The notes below the pieces were generated by a model. It had not been told where the DNA came from, did no database searches, and saw only the letters and a program-made list of their open reading frames with translations. From the NCBI GenBank assembly GCA_964016885.1, contig OZ024763.1:9610001-9674000 (forward strand): a DNA stretch of 64,000 bases, read 5' to 3'. This stretch comes from Eledone cirrhosa. Lineage: Eukaryota. The position numbers were made by a program, and so were the translations under genes. Below, piece by piece: positions 1-14,110 of this stretch (its first letter is position 1; each line of letters opens with the position of its first letter).

Positions 1-1001
1 AGTGCAAGCTTTGTACAGAGGTGCTGTCAGTAAAGTGAGGGTAGGAATGGAGTTTAGTGAGGAATTCCAGGTAGTCCTCCAAGCCATAACAGAAGAGTTT
101 AAGACTGGCTGCCCATGGGAACTTCTCTATGCTGATGATCTGGTTCTTATAGCAGAATCAGTAGAGGAGCTAGAGAAGAAATTTTGGCTATGGAAACAAG
201 GAACTGGCATAAATTCTATAAAATGTAGATAATGCAGATCTTGGTTACAAAAGAGATGTAGTGGGATAGCAGGCAAACTAACAGGTAGGGAAAAATACGT
301 ATGCACTAGATGTACAGGGAAATTTGACAGTAGAAGTCGCATTGATAGACACATTTTTCAAATGTAGGTAGGTTCTATAGAAGTGGTTGATAGCTTCCGG
401 TACCTAGGTGATCAGATTAGCATGGGAGGAGGGTGTTCCGAGGCCATAGTATCTAGAATAAGGATGGGTTGGAAGAAGTTTAGGGAACTGCTTCCTCTGT
501 TGACAAAGAAAGGTTTCTCCCTGCGTACGAAATGCCGGTTATATTTATGCCTGTGTCAGATGCGCGATGCTGCATGGTAGTGAGACATGGGCAGCAACTG
601 CAGAGGATATGCGACGGCTGCAGAGAAATGAAGCAAGCATGCTCCGTTGGATGTGTAATGTCAATGTGCGTGAGCGACCGAGCATGGATGTGTTGAGAGA
701 GAAACTGTGTCTGAGAGGGATAGAATGTAGTGTGCGGGAGAGAAGACGGTAATGGTATGGACATGTGACATGCATGGAGGATGACCGCTGAGTAAAGAAG
801 TGCCAAGAAATGCCAGTTGAAGGAAGACGCAGTAGAGGAAGACCACGAAAAACATGGGCGGAGTTGGTGAGAGTAGACCTCAGATTGCTGAAGTTCACGG
901 AGATGACGAAGGACTGTGACAAGTGGAGAGATGCTGTGCTGAATAGGACCCGTCCCACCCTTGCAAGCAGGGAAATGCGGACGTATGATGATGATGATGA
1001 T
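1..1001 (+). mobile_element. RTE-clade LINE, degenerate 3' part (RT C-terminal half to (GAT)n tail)
   Basis: Broken ORFs: WELLYADDLVL, DSFRYLGD, MLHGSETW, RGRPRKTW. Ends CCCACCCTTGCAAGCAGGGAAATGCGGACGT(ATG)n. Confidence 0.93.
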
Positions 1002-1074
1002 GTTCCTACTATTTTCTTTTTCTGTGATGTCCCCTTTCCTTTATTCATTGTAAACCTCACTCTGTCTTTAATGT

Positions 1075-1285
1075 GATGGGCCATTGTGGTTGGGTAGCGC
1101 GTCGGATAACATGCTTTGCAGCATATAGTTACGTCCATTTATGTTCGATTTGAAATCCCACCGAAGTAAGCTTTCTCTTTCATCCTTACGGGGTCAATAA
1201 AATAAAGTACCAGTAACTCACTGGGGTTGATATAATCGACTTGCCTTCAAATTGCTGGCCTTGCGCTAAATGTAGAAGCAGTTAT
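1075..1285 (+). mobile_element. tRNA-derived SINE, family B (central CTTTCATCCTTACGGGGTCGATAAAATAAAGTACCAG domain)
   Basis: Same central domain and TTGCTGGCCTTGTGCCTAAAGTAGAAAC tail recur many times in the window. Confidence 0.8.
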
Positions 1286-1845
1286 ATTTATTCTCGTCAC
1301 TGTCTATCGGATTTCCAAGTTACGGGCATCACCACGTTACCATAGTTACAGAAGGCGCGTAAATTTCAATACAGATTCTTCTAGTTTGACAAGATATGTA
1401 GATAATCTTTCTCACTCTCTTTTTCTCGCACACACACGCGTGCTCTCACTTCTTTCCCCCACTCTCTTGCACACTCACACTTGTCTCTGGCTCTTTCCAT
1501 CTCTTTGTCTAATTCCTCCTCTCTCTGATTTCCTTTCTCTCTCTCCATCTCTCTGTCTTTCCCTATCTTTGTCTCCCTTTTTCCCTTCCATCACTCACTC
1601 ACACCCTTTCATTCACTCCTGTTCACATCGTCTGCTTGTACACTCACAAACCATCTCTTTCTTCCTCTCACTCTATTCCCCCCCCCCCCCCCTCCATCGC
1701 TGCATGTCTATGTTTGTCTGTTTCCACATACAAAACGCTTTCTCTCTCTGATCCTCCGTCTCTTCTCTCTACCTTTCTTACAATCTCTCTTCTCTAGTTT
1801 TTCTTCTCTCTCGTCTTCATAAGATCCACTTCCACACACACACGC

Positions 1846-1904
<59 letters not shown>

Positions 1905-2534
1905 GCTTTGTCTTTCTCCCTGTCTGCATTTTTCTTTCTCCTCTCAGTCTCTCACCCTTTCTATCTACTTTCCCCTGTGTCTCTCTAGTATATCTTTCAC
2001 GCAGTCCCATGCCAATTTTTCATCCACTCATTCCATATTATACTTTCTTTTCTTCACACTCTCTTTCTAACCTGTGTAACCTCCCCCACCTACTAATACC
2101 ACTGCACCACCACCACCACCTTTCTTACACATGTCCCACTCTACCCTCACCTACTCACTCAACCATTATATAAATCTGTCATTCACTATCGAGTACAATA
2201 TTAAGTGCCTACATCTTCCCCCTCTCTCTCTTTAACTTGAAAAACCACCATGTTTCGTTTCGGTTTATATTTTATTGAAATAGCTTCATTTCCGCTCATA
2301 TTTTGTCCGTTATGCTTCTCCGTCCATTTCCACTCTACACCACCACCCACTTTCTTTACTCTTCTTGCGTGCGCAGAGTACATTGACATAAGCATCTTAT
2401 ACAAACACATTTCACAATATGTGTGTATATCCGTAATGTGTGTGTTTATATTTATATATATATATATGATGGCTGCCCCCTCGTTATCGAGTATGGCCAT
2501 TGCACCATATAACATTATTAATAATTATAAATTA

Positions 2535-2640
2535 ATTGTTTCTACTTTTGGCACAAGGCCAGCAATTGTCAGTACATTACTGGTACTTTATTTTATCGAC
2601 CCCGTAAGGATGAAAGGCAAAGTTAACCTCGGCGGGACTA
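2535..2640 (-). mobile_element. SINE family B fragment
   Basis: Reverse complement of the central domain and tail. Confidence 0.8.
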
Positions 2641-2642
2641 TC

Positions 2643-2915
2643 GTGCAATGCCTGTGCGTGAAGATATTTTTTAAAGTGAGGAAAGACTGTGCACTGAGCC
2701 AATCCCACTCTCTGAGCTACAGTAGCTATAACCCGAAAAGAAGAAAAGATCAACATCATCGGTAACTACTGAGCCGCAGATTTTATGTCGGAGTTATCCC
2801 AGTTTCCTGAGTTGCCTTCTAGAAGAATGCCCTGACAAAGGCTAAGGGTCATTCACTCCCAGAGGTTTAACCGCGCAATCGGGTAGTCAGCCCGATTGTT
2901 TCTATGTCCCTGAGC
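2643..2915 (-). mobile_element. Fragment of a short non-autonomous retroelement related to 44093-44700
   Basis: Colinear similarity to 44305-44503 (GCAATGCCTGTGC, CCCACTCTC, AAAAGAAGAA, TGACAAAGGCTAAGGG). Confidence 0.65.
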
Positions 2916-3059
2916 ATATACATACACATGCATACACATATATACACACGCACGCACACAAAATGACAAAAGACCTAGGTTAACAACTTTCTTTAATTTC
3001 TACGTCCGTTTCAATATGGTTACAGTAGCATATGAAAACAATTTCGAAATAATTAATTA

Positions 3060-3960
3060 GCAATGATGCCAGTGTGCAAACCACAATGTTACATGGCAGT
3101 GAAACATGGGCCTTGACTGTAGAAAACCTGTGGAAGCTAGAAAGAAATGAGTCGAGTATGCTCCATTGGACGTGAATTGTTAGTGTGCATAAGCAACACA
3201 GCACAAGAAAACTGAGGGGAAAACTTGGCATAATAGGAATTGGTTGTAGTGTGCAAGACTGCATTAGTATGGCCATGTGATGCATATGGAAGTTAGCAGC
3301 TGCATAAAGAAATGCAGAGAAACCCCAGTGGCTTGGATCTGTGGAAGAGGCAGACCCAGGAAGACATGGGATGAGTAAAGACTGACCATAAAAAGCTAAA
3401 CCTTACAACAGAAATGACTAAAGACTGCGAAGGCTGGCGCTATGCAGTGCTGAAGACCTGACCTGCAGCTTACAATGTGACCTGACCAACCTTCCCCCTT
3501 CCATTAGCACTCCCTAACAGTTATTCCCACCTTCACTACTTCAACATATTCCTAGCATCTGCCTCCACACACCCCTGTGAAATTATTGGTGATAGGAAGG
3601 GCTTTCAACCATGGAGAGCTTGCCAAGCAATTAAAAAAAGGGTCGGAGAGCCCTTCAGTTGTGTCATGGACATGACAGCCTCCCTAGTGTTGGTAAGCTA
3701 CATGATAAATACACCCAGTACACACTGTAAAGTGGTTGGTGATAGGAAGGACATCCAGCTGTTGAAAGTTTGCCAGACAAAGGGTTGGGAGGAGCCTTCT
3801 GTTGTGTCAAGGACATGACAACCTTTCCTGAGCACTTGATGGAATGTGAGACTGTACATAAGCAGGATACAAATCACTGGCCTGCCTGGGAGATCATTGG
3901 CTCCACTTCAGTACAGACTTGCTAGCAGTGAAAGTGGACATTTAAACGATGTTGATGATA
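3060..3960 (+). mobile_element. Old RTE LINE 3' fragment with 3' UTR
   Basis: Degenerate MLHGSETW/GRPRKTW coding; GGTTGGTGATAGGAAGG UTR motif; GGACATTTAAACGATGTTGATGAT tail. Confidence 0.8.
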
Positions 3961-4659
3961 TATATATACATATATGTGTATATAAATATATAAATATATA
4001 TAAATATATATTGACACAAACGCACACACAAACTCATATCTATATATATATAGACATTTTTTTACACATGAAATAAATAGTTAACTATGAAATATCTGCT
4101 CTCTGTTATATTATTCATAATACAGCTATCTCACAATGACAACAAGAGTGCATTTGGCATATTATCATTTCTATATACACATGTACTTGTGGTGGGCGTA
4201 CACCACTATATATATATATTTATATATCTATTTATAAAGTATACATATACTTATAGAGTCTGCAGACTGAGGAGACGACTAATCATGGGAGTACTCAATA
4301 CATGGGGAGATGCAGAGCCAAGTGGTTTGTATAAATATATACACACACACACATATATTTGGTAGAAATAGAAGCTTTCGCAATATTTTTGACTAAAGAA
4401 ATTTTTGACTGATAGTGGGGTATAAAACCCTCTAAAAAATGGAAACGGATGAGTATTGATGTACACGTACATCAGTACTCATCCTTTTCCATTTTTAGAT
4501 TGTTTTACACCCTACTATCAGGTTAACATTTTTTTAGTCAAAAATACAGCGAAAGCTTCTATTTCTACTAAATTTCAAACCATCCGGGTCCTGAATCTTT
4601 TCATATATATATATTTATACAAACCACTTGGCACCACAGTCAGGATCTTACATATCTTT

Positions 4660-5012
4660 ATACCCATATGTAAGTATGAGAGAAAGGCAGAGCTTGGATG
4701 AGCTGAGGGAGAAGCTGGGTTTAAGATGCATTGATAGTGGTGTGCAGGAGAGAAGACTGCATTGGTTTGGATATATGACACCATGGACAATGATTGTTGG
4801 GTGAAGAAGTGCCAGGAAATGCTAGTGGAAGGCAGTTGCGGCAGAAGTAAACGAAGGAAGACCTGGGCAGAGGTTGTGAGAGCTGATCTCAAATCACTGA
4901 GACTCACAGAGGAGATGACAAAGGATCGCAACATGTGGTAAGATGCTGTGCTGAGAAGGACCCCTCCAACCCATGCAAGCATGGAAAAGCAGATTTAAAA
5001 TGATGATGATGA
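4660..5012 (+). mobile_element. RTE LINE 3' fragment
   Basis: ERRLHWFG and RKTWAEVVRADL-like coding; CCCATGCAAGCATGG hairpin and (GAT)n tail. Confidence 0.85.
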
Positions 5013-5724
5013 TATATCATCATTATCATCGTTTAATGTCCAGTTTCCACGCTAGCATGGGTAGGATGCACTGTCTGTTTGTGAGAGATCTGGTTGGAGG
5101 ACCGTGTTTTACACAAATCTGGGCTAGATTGTTTGTGGAAGTCTAAGGATACTGATCTCCACTCTTGATACCAAGGGAAAGGCAGTGGTTGATGCAGCCT
5201 AGCACCGCTGATATCGCAACTCATTTCTACACCTGATAATATTAATAGCATTAATCAACCAATAAGAGGCTGTCAAGTTCTTTCATTCCTTTGTTCTGAA
5301 GTAATAAATATCAAGTAGATGTTGCTTCATGGTCCCATTGAATAGTATTCCAAACGCCTTATCCTGGAAATTAATTCGCGGGACTTATTAGCAGATAGCT
5401 ATCTCTGTCATTATCACAATAAGTAAGAAGGAAGTTCGGAGAGCAAATGCGCAAACTATTTCCACCGCTAAGTATATATGTATGTACCTGTAATTCACGA
5501 AGGAGTTGTAGGGGCACCTCATGTTCACTGCTGTAGATTCGAGAATAGATCTATTAGAAAGCAGCCGTCAATATTTCCTAATACGTAGTTTTTTTAAATT
5601 TATTTTTCAATGTCAACAGCATTTGAATTGCTCTATTATGGCTGAGGCCATGCTGGGGCACTGCCATATATATAGATAGATCAAGATTTTACTAGTTTTA
5701 AATTGGTAACATTATAGTGTTATT

Positions 5725-5865
5725 ATTTAGTTACGTCCCTTTATGATCTGAGTTCAAATCCCGCCGAGGTTGACTTTGCCTTTCATCCTTACAGGGTCGA
5801 TAAAATAAAGTACCAGTAATGCACTGGGTAATTGCTGGCCTTGTGCCTAAAGTAGAAACAATTAT
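5725..5865 (+). mobile_element. SINE family B inserted at the 3' end of the hAT transposase
   Basis: B box GAGTTCAAATC, central domain and tail. Confidence 0.85.
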
Positions 5866-7745
5866 TTGAATGCTGATTCGCAAATTGGGAAAAACATTCA
5901 TCGCCGTATTGTATGATGAATTGGAGAAGTGCCTCCGGCTTTAAAATTGGGTCAGCTGTCCTAGTAGCCAGCAAAGATCGGCAGTCCAAGATTTCCTCAT
6001 ACAATTGCTCTCCATCGATGTCAGAGTTGTATAGTTCCGCAAGACTGTTGCACCTTTGTTTAAGGACAAGGTTATCAGGAGCAGCCAAATAAAACAGATA
6101 GTTGACATCAAGAAGAAAGCCAAAACTTGAGTCGGTTTCCTTAAGTCGAATAAACCGTTCTTCCATTTCTGTTTGAAGACGATTGAGTGAACTTTGCATT
6201 GCTCTCTCTATCTCTTTTCTGGCAACCACCTCGACGTCCTCAGTAATTTCGGTATTGGTTTGTCGTCTTCCTCGCCTCCTCGGAAAATCAATATTCCATT
6301 TCTGGCAGAGGTCGAAGCCCATTTCAAGAGACTCGTAGATTAAGGATGTTCCTTCTTCTTTAAAATAAAGTTGAAGGGCTCCTATATCAGCTGCAGCATC
6401 GTGAAAATTCATTCTTGGATCTTGAAGTCTCTTTTGAACCCGGTCAATTCGTGAGAGAATCGTGTTCCAGAATCCAATCAAGTTCAGGAATTCATAACTC
6501 AGTATCTGATTATGGAGATTACTGGCATCACTTCTACTCTCGCATGTCTCTGTTTCATCATCACAATCAGTGTCAAATAATTCGCCACCGGTCTGACTGC
6601 GATACATCTAGCACTCTACCGCGTGTCGGAAGGATATTTAACAACCACTGGAGCAACTTCTTTAAGGGCTTCCCATCGTCGTGTTGAACAAGAAAAAAGT
6701 TGCATAACAAGTCAATGCAACTGAAAAAGTTCATCATAGCAGAATCGTTTTTGGCTGCATGAAGACCAGCCAGATTAAGTGAATGGTTATCGCAATTAAC
6801 GAAGTGAATCAAATTATTCTTCTCTCTCATTCTCTGCTGAACCCCACTGCGGTGCCCAGCCATTATGGCAGCATTGTCGTAGCACTGCGATCGACAGTTC
6901 TGCAGTGGTAGGTCATCTTTTTCTAGCTCTTTCACGATTGTTTCAACAAGGCTTGCGGCATCTTTTTTGATTACTTGAATGAAAAGATTCCCTCGCAACG
7001 ACCATCTTCATATTGAAATCAACATCGACATATCGCACAACTTTTGACAGTTGTTCTCGGTGCGCCTGGTTAGGGTCGAATCAATCAGCAGACCATAGTC
7101 TCTTGCTTTTTGGATACGATTTAGTAAATTCTGACGAACTGTATTATAGAAGAAAACATTGAACCATCTAAACTGGAGTCAAATTGAATTCCTAATAGAG
7201 GCTATCCGATCCTATCTGGCCATTTGGATTATGATACCTTTTCTATACGTCTTATGTACCAGTTGTAAAAGACAAACTACTCTGTTTTGTAAACCAGCTT
7301 CATAATTATAATTATCTTGTATTGGTCAGTGCAATGCATTGCTAAAATAGCGCCTGCGTGTCTACCAGTTGCACGTCCAAAACTACGTCCCTTCAGTCAG
7401 TGAGGGGTGGGGGGTTGTGAGGTCAAGTGAGGTATCCGCTGTTTTGCAATGTATAGCTAAAAATAGCGCCCGCATAATTGCAACCCACCCTGCTGTCAGT
7501 GTGGAGGGAGGGGGGGAGGGGCGTTTTTGTGAAGTCAAATCAGACATCTGCTCTGTCTAGTGCACTAGACATGGCATGGAAGTCGGCTATCAAGAAATCA
7601 CATGCTTCATTTTTGGCTTATATTTAAAAAAAAGATAAAAACGATATGGATGGATGTAAATCGACCTAGGTCGAAATTGCGCCCCCCCCCCTAAATATGG
7701 CGCCCGTGGCATGTGCCCTGCTTGCACACCCTAGCTACGCCACTG
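5866..7745 (-). mobile_element. hAT-superfamily DNA transposon relic (frameshifted transposase, one terminus)
   Basis: ORFs 6573-6998 (CRSQCYDNAAIMAG, HFVNCDNHSLNL = hAT D and CxxH motifs) and 5789-6607. Terminus reads CAGTGGCGTAGCTAG on the minus strand from 7745, next to (TA)n. Confidence 0.88.
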
Positions 7746-8032
7746 TATATATATATATACACACACACATATATATATAACGGAGGAGTTGTGGTAAGGA
7801 ACCAGATGGACCATAACGCACCAGAGTACTCAATACTTAGGGTAGTAGAGTGAATCAACTTTTTAAATGGAAGTTGCATTATTATAAGGTATGTCAAAAA
7901 TTATTTATAAAACAGCTTATGTATTGTATTTTGTCTGAGGAAGGCATACCATATTTTTAATATGATATCCCAGAAATATATATAACGAAATAAATATGGT
8001 TTTATAAATATAGTTTCCATTTCTTTAATATC

Positions 8033-8082
<50 letters not shown>

Positions 8083-8682
8083 TCACACACAAACACATAT
8101 ATATATATATATACATATACACAAATACCTATATATATATATATACACACATCACATATATAGACCCTCAGACTAGTTTGTGCCTGCACTAACTTAAGTA
8201 CCAGAAAGTATTCCATGTGTAAAAGAAACATTTATAGATCCTTGTTGTACTAAACACACATAAACACATATATACATATATACACACAATACATATATTT
8301 AATATACATATACACATTTGCAGATACTCACACATATAATAATACAACAGATAGGTGGATTGTCATTATTCAATCAATTCATTGATGGTGTACTAGAAAA
8401 AACTTTCAAGTATGATTGCTATGTAAATGTTTCAATGTCATGCTTGATATATTTTACTGGTTATTGGTTAATGCTTGATTGATTTTCTGTGTTTTCTCCT
8501 TTGTCGTTGATAGAAGTGGAAGGTTCATAGATAGGTAGGGGAACTATTCAGTTTGAATGTATGAAATGTGTTGGAATTGGCTTCACATTCTGTCATGATT
8601 TAGAAAATATCTAAAAAAGTTTTTTTAATTTAAATGCTCATAGTATCTGTACTGGTAGACATTAACATCCTATAATGCCTAT

Positions 8683-9014
8683 GGAGGCACATGGCTTAGT
8701 GGTTAGAGCATTGGCCTTGCAATCGAAAGGTTGTGAGTTCAATTCTCAGACCGGGTGATGTGTTGTTTCCTTGAGCAAGACACTTTATTTCACATTGCTC
8801 CAGTTTGCTCAGCTGTAGAAATGAGATGATAGGAACTGGGGTCCATATCATTCCACTGCAAAGTGGTTGTGGAGGTGCCATGGTAAAAAAGCACCCAGCA
8901 CTCACTGTAAATGAGGTTGGTGTTAGGAAAAGCATCCAGCTGTAGAAATCAAGCCAGAATCAGTTCCCGTTCCACCCTTGCAAGCAGGGAAAAAGTGGAC
9001 GTAAAATGAATGAT
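8683..9014 (+). mobile_element. tRNA-CORE SINE with RTE-type tail (family A), full length
   Basis: A box TGGCTTAGTGG, B box GAGTTCAATTC, CORE-like TGTGTTGTTTCCTTGAGCAAGACACTTTATTTCAC; tail matches RTE end at 950-1001. Confidence 0.9.
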
Positions 9015-9112
9015 TCTGTAGAAAATATTTACAAATGGCTTTATTAATTCAAATCTAATGGACAGATCATTGTGAACATTTTCAGTATTAGACTTTACTT
9101 TTAATAATAATA

Positions 9113-9290
9113 ATTGTTTCTGCTTTAGGCACAAGGCCAGCAATTACATTACTGGTACTTTATTTTATCAATCCCGTAAGGATGAAAGGCAAAGTTAAGC
9201 TCGGCTGGATTTGAACTCAGATCGTAAAGGGATGTAACTATGCTGGAAAGCATGTCCGACCCTCTACCGATACTGCCAATTCACCGCCAC
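9113..9290 (-). mobile_element. SINE family B
   Basis: Reverse complement of head, central domain and tail, flanked by (TAA)n. Confidence 0.85.
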
Positions 9291-10079
9291 TAATAATAAT
9301 AATAATAATAAATAATAATCATATATAGTACATAGAATAATGTGCAAATGTCAGGAAAGTGAACAGTGTATGAATCATGATATACACACATGCGTGCGTG
9401 TGTATGGAGGGGGGTATCAGGTGTAGTGTTGGTGAATTATGGGAAGCATGGAGGTTTTAAAGTATCCAGTGTCCCGGCAACTAGTGATGCAGTTTGATAC
9501 TTTTCAAGAAGACTTTAATTTTTAATATTCTGTAATTATTTCACAGAAAATATCTACAAATAGATTTACATCTGCAATGTGTGTCCCCTTCTCCCAGTTG
9601 ACCAGCACTCCATTCTCCCAGAGATTTAATGAGCCTGAACTAGCCTTGTTAAATTTTGTTCATATCACATGATAAAGTTGAAACAAAGCAATATTATACA
9701 AAAACATAATGTATAGGCTTTCATATATGCCTTATATAAATATATAGGCAGTGACCTTGCATACAGATCTCAGAGATGTGTATTACAGAATCTCAAAGGA
9801 TTAATTTTAAATAAATTAGGAAAGTATTACAGATTTAATTTAATTATACTGTGATTAATTGTAAGCAATGGAAAGAACCATATGGTGTTACGACCTGTCA
9901 CATGATTTGTTATGGGTGAGTGTGTACTGTGTAGTAGAAAATACAGACTTAATTATTTTATTAATGTGGTGAGAGCAAGAATTGTTATAAAGTAGGTTTG
10001 TTAGTTTACCAAACTAAGTTGAAATAATTTCATTTGGGAGAATTGGGAGGAAGGGGTGCACAACTGGGAGAAAGTAGAT

Positions 10080-10603
10080 GGGCAACCAGAACCCAGATCC
10101 TCTTGGTGAAATGGCCTTGCTTAGTATGCAGGAAATGTGTAGGTAGAAATTCCATCCTCTGCTCCAAATGCAAACTATGGATGCATAAGAGATGTAGTGG
10201 GATCTCAGGAAGTCTAGCAGTTGCACCAGGACAGTAAGCAGCCAATAGCCAAAGGAAACAAAAACTACCAAATTCTGTAGAAACAGTAGACAGCTTCTGC
10301 TATCTAGGAGACCGAATTAACAGAAGTTGTGGTGTGCGGGAGAGAAGACTGCGATAGTATGGACATGTGATGCACATGGAGGATGACCACTGGGTAAAGA
10401 AGTGCCAAGAAATCCCAGTAGAAGGAAGACGCAGTAGAAGAAGACCACAAAAAACATGGCCGGAGGTGGTGAGAGCTGACCTCAGATCGCTGAAGTTCAC
10501 AAGGAGATGACAAAGGACTGTGACAAATGGAGAGATGCTGTGCTGAATATGACTTGTCCCACCCTTGCAAGTAGGGAAAAGCGGATGTAAAATGATGATG
10601 ATG
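10080..10603 (+). mobile_element. RTE LINE fragment with internal deletions (PHD region plus 3' end)
   Basis: KWPCLVCRKCVGRNSILCSKCKLWMHKRCSG; SFCYLGD; tail CCCACCCTTGCAAGTAGGGAAAAGCGGATGTAAAATGATGATG. Confidence 0.88.
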
Positions 10604-10659
10604 GTATGTAATGTAACTCCCACTGTCATCGCCTCCATCTCTCTCTCTCTCTCTCTCGC

Positions 10660-10920
10660 CCTCTCCATTCCTCTGTATTATGAGCAAAGGGGGTCTGACA
10701 TGCTGGCTGCCCCACGGCCCTGGCGGACAGAATGGAGGAGGTGTTTCCCTGGAGGATGGTAAGGGAGATGCGCTGGAGAGCCATTCCATCCCGCGAGGCT
10801 CATACCTGCAGCTAGACAGCTCAGCGCCTATGGTGGTAAGTAGGCAGGTAGCCCTAGGGCCAAGGACACCTGAAGTCTCCACTGCTAGGGGCACGACTGC
10901 AATCTGCCATTAAATCAATG
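10660..10920 (-). mobile_element. CRE-like LINE C-terminal fragment
   Basis: PLAVETSGVLGPRA motif of the CRE restriction-like endonuclease C-terminus. Confidence 0.7.
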
Positions 10921-11251
10921 AAATGTGTGATTACTGGTCTCGAGGCAGCTGATGTGTGTCAGTTTCGAGTTCGAAGGCTCATATTGCACAATCTGCAGTG
11001 GTTTGTGTCTTGGGGAGAAACATTATACCTTCAATTCTCTTTTCAGATTAACAAACATAGAAAAGACATACTTTAGGGCTTCTTTTCTTGAAACTAAGTC
11101 GAGAATTCATGTTGAGCAACAGTTCCCAATCTAGGGTTCGCAGAATGCTGGGGATCCATGAGCTAAAATTGCTAGTATTTTGTTTCCCACCTACCACCCC
11201 ATCACCCTACCACTCCGGTGACATATCCTCCGTTCCTTCCGTATCCTCTCT

Positions 11252-12508
11252 TTATATGTATATACATATAATATATATATACATATAATATATACATATA
11301 ATATATATATACATATAATATATATATACATATAATATATATATACATATAATATATACATATAATATATATATACATATAATATATATATATACATATA
11401 ATATATATATACATATAATATATATATACATATAATATATATATACATATAATATATACATATAATATATATATACATATAATATATATATATACATATA
11501 ATATATATATACATATAATATATATATACATATAATATATACATATAATATATATATACATATAATATATATATACATATAATATATACATATAATATAT
11601 ATATACATATAATATATACATATAATATATATATACATATAATATATACATATAATATATATATACATATAATATATATATATACATATAATATATATAT
11701 ACATATAATATGTATATACATATAATATGTATATACATATAATATGTATATACATATAATATGTATATACATATAATATGTATATACATATAATATATAT
11801 ATACATATAATATATATATACATATAATATATACATATAATATATATATACATATAATATATATATATACATATAATATATATATACATATAATATATAC
11901 ATATAATATATATATACATATAATATATATATATACATATAATATATATATACATATAATATATACATATAATATATATATACATATAATATATATATAC
12001 ATATAATATATACATATAATATATATATACATATAATATATATATATACATATAATATATATATACATATAATATGTATATACATATAATATGTATATAC
12101 ATATAATATGTATATACATATAATATGTATATACATATAATATATATATACATATAATATATATATACATATAATATATACATATAATATATATATACAT
12201 ATAATATATATATATACATATAATATATATATACATATAATATATATATATACATATAATATATATATACATATAATATATATATACATATAATATATAC
12301 ATATAATATATATATACATATAATATATATATACATATAATATATACATATAATATATATATACATATAATATATATATATACATATAATATATATATAC
12401 ATATAATATATACATATAATATATACATATAATATATATATACATATAATATATATATACATATAATATATATATACATATATATATACACATATATATA
12501 TATATATG
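11252..12508. repeat. Compound (TA)n/CATATAA satellite, ~1.25 kb
   Basis: CATATAA(TA)n units with variable n and occasional TATG variants. Confidence 0.97.
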
Positions 12509-12724
12509 TAAAAGGTAAACAGAACACAATCGATACAGTATATGGAAGGAATATATTAGTTTAACGCTTAAAATAGCTAGTCCTTCATCAGAATAAAGAA
12601 TGAGAAATGAAATAGATTGAAGGGACGGGCGGGGTGGAATTGGAAAAAATGTCTTTAGATAAAAGTAACAGGTCCATTCATGTTGGAAAAAAAAAATATA
12701 TATATATATATATATATGTGTGTG

Positions 12725-12758
<34 letters not shown>

Positions 12759-12764
12759 TATATA

Positions 12765-12795
<31 letters not shown>

Positions 12796-13193
12796 GCATG
12801 TTGTTTTTTTGCATTGTCTTTCTCACATGACCTCCCCTGTTTTGAATTCATATTCGAAAAGCTTTGGTATGCAGGCTTTTAAAAAAAAACTATATATGTA
12901 TAACGTATATAGATGTATGTGTATGTGTGTCTGTGTGTGTGTACGTATGTATGTGTGTTTGTCTGTGTGTGTGTGTATAGCTTAAGGTAAAAAAAACAAG
13001 CATGAAGAACAGTTAGTCTCATTATTTGTAGTAAATGAAAAACTATGTTTTAATGTATCGGATGTATTTTTGTTTTTAGAATCCAATGTCAATAAATACA
13101 CCAGGATTCTTTCATTCTGATGATTGAAAGCAACATTTTTTGCTTTTAAGAAACCACTGGTAAATGGAATAATTGCCTTATGTTGTTTATTAC

Positions 13194-13244
<51 letters not shown>

Positions 13245-13561
13245 ATATTCAATTTGTCCCCTTGGGTGGAATATATTCATATAGTAATTCAGCAATATAA
13301 CACCTTGTTCACCATGAGGTTTAGCAAAGAAAAGGTATGTATGATGTATTTTCATTTTGTCCCCCAAGAAGAATTCACCTCCTAATGAAGGAATTGAAAT
13401 TCTTCCACTATTGGTTATTCCAATGTCTTGAACTTCCTAATGTTGTATCTTGAGTCGAGGTATTATATAAGTTAAAACCACTTATTTTGAGCCAGTTTGG
13501 CTTATATTCCACCGAGATTTGGGCCTAAGTTTAATATATTTTATTACCTTTCTCAGTGGAT

Positions 13562-13755
13562 AATCATCATCATCATCATCGTTTAACGTCCATCTTCCAC
13601 GCTAGCATGGGTTTAGATGGGAATTGTCGCACTTGAGGCAAGATTGGTTGTCTTGCTCGTGTAGGACTGTCTGGCAGGTTTTCTACAGCTGGATGTCCTT
13701 CCTAACACCAACCACGTTTACAGTGTGGACTGGGAGGTTTTTACCGTGTTACCTC
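13562..13755 (-). mobile_element. RTE-3'UTR-type retroposon 3' end
   Basis: (CAT)n CGTTTAACGTCC...CCTTCCTAACACCAACCAC; similar to 24466-24720 and 63684-63895. Confidence 0.82.
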
Positions 13756-13839
13756 TATTAATATATCTTATCCTTTCATTGAGATGTTTATGTATTAGAG
13801 ACAATTAACTTTATAGAGTTATAAATTAATATATATATT

Positions 13840-14110
13840 TATATACAAAATATATGGAGAATAGGAAGGCTGTGTAGTTTCTAGTTAAGGTAGGCTTAAA
13901 AATAAGAATAAGAAGAAAGCAAGAACGGTGGTGGGGGTTCCTCATCAGTTGTCTACTGGGATTCTCGGATATTTCAACGCTTGAAAGATAATATATCTAC
14001 CCCCAGAGCGTTCAATGACTGGGTAAGTTATTGGGTAAACGGAGGAGGGAGGGAAGGAAAATAGAAGGGAAACGGGAAAAAAGGAGAAAAGAGAAAAACA
14101 GTGAAAATAA
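13840..14110 (-). mobile_element. Dispersed repeat, second copy at 45575-45825 (probable Penelope pseudo-LTR 3' part)
   Basis: Colinear with 45575-45825; both abut (TA)n; the other copy continues into a hammerhead motif. Confidence 0.65.

Noticed and set aside
5488-5550. Possible 63-nt minus-strand exon IYSRIYSSEHEVPLQLLRELQ with AG/GT ends
   Set aside because: Weak donor (GTACAT) and the sequence resembles a decayed interspersed repeat; needs RNA-seq.
8683-8760. tRNA gene
   Set aside because: A/B boxes belong to a SINE head; no complete cloverleaf, and it continues into CORE and LINE tail in five copies.
12505-12600. Minus-strand CTGATGAAG motif in a small repeat whose end recurs near 37150
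   Set aside because: Stem II and GAAA are not recoverable; not callable as a ribozyme.
11191-12826. 400-500 aa Y/I/C/M-rich ORFs
   Set aside because: Translation of TA-rich satellite.
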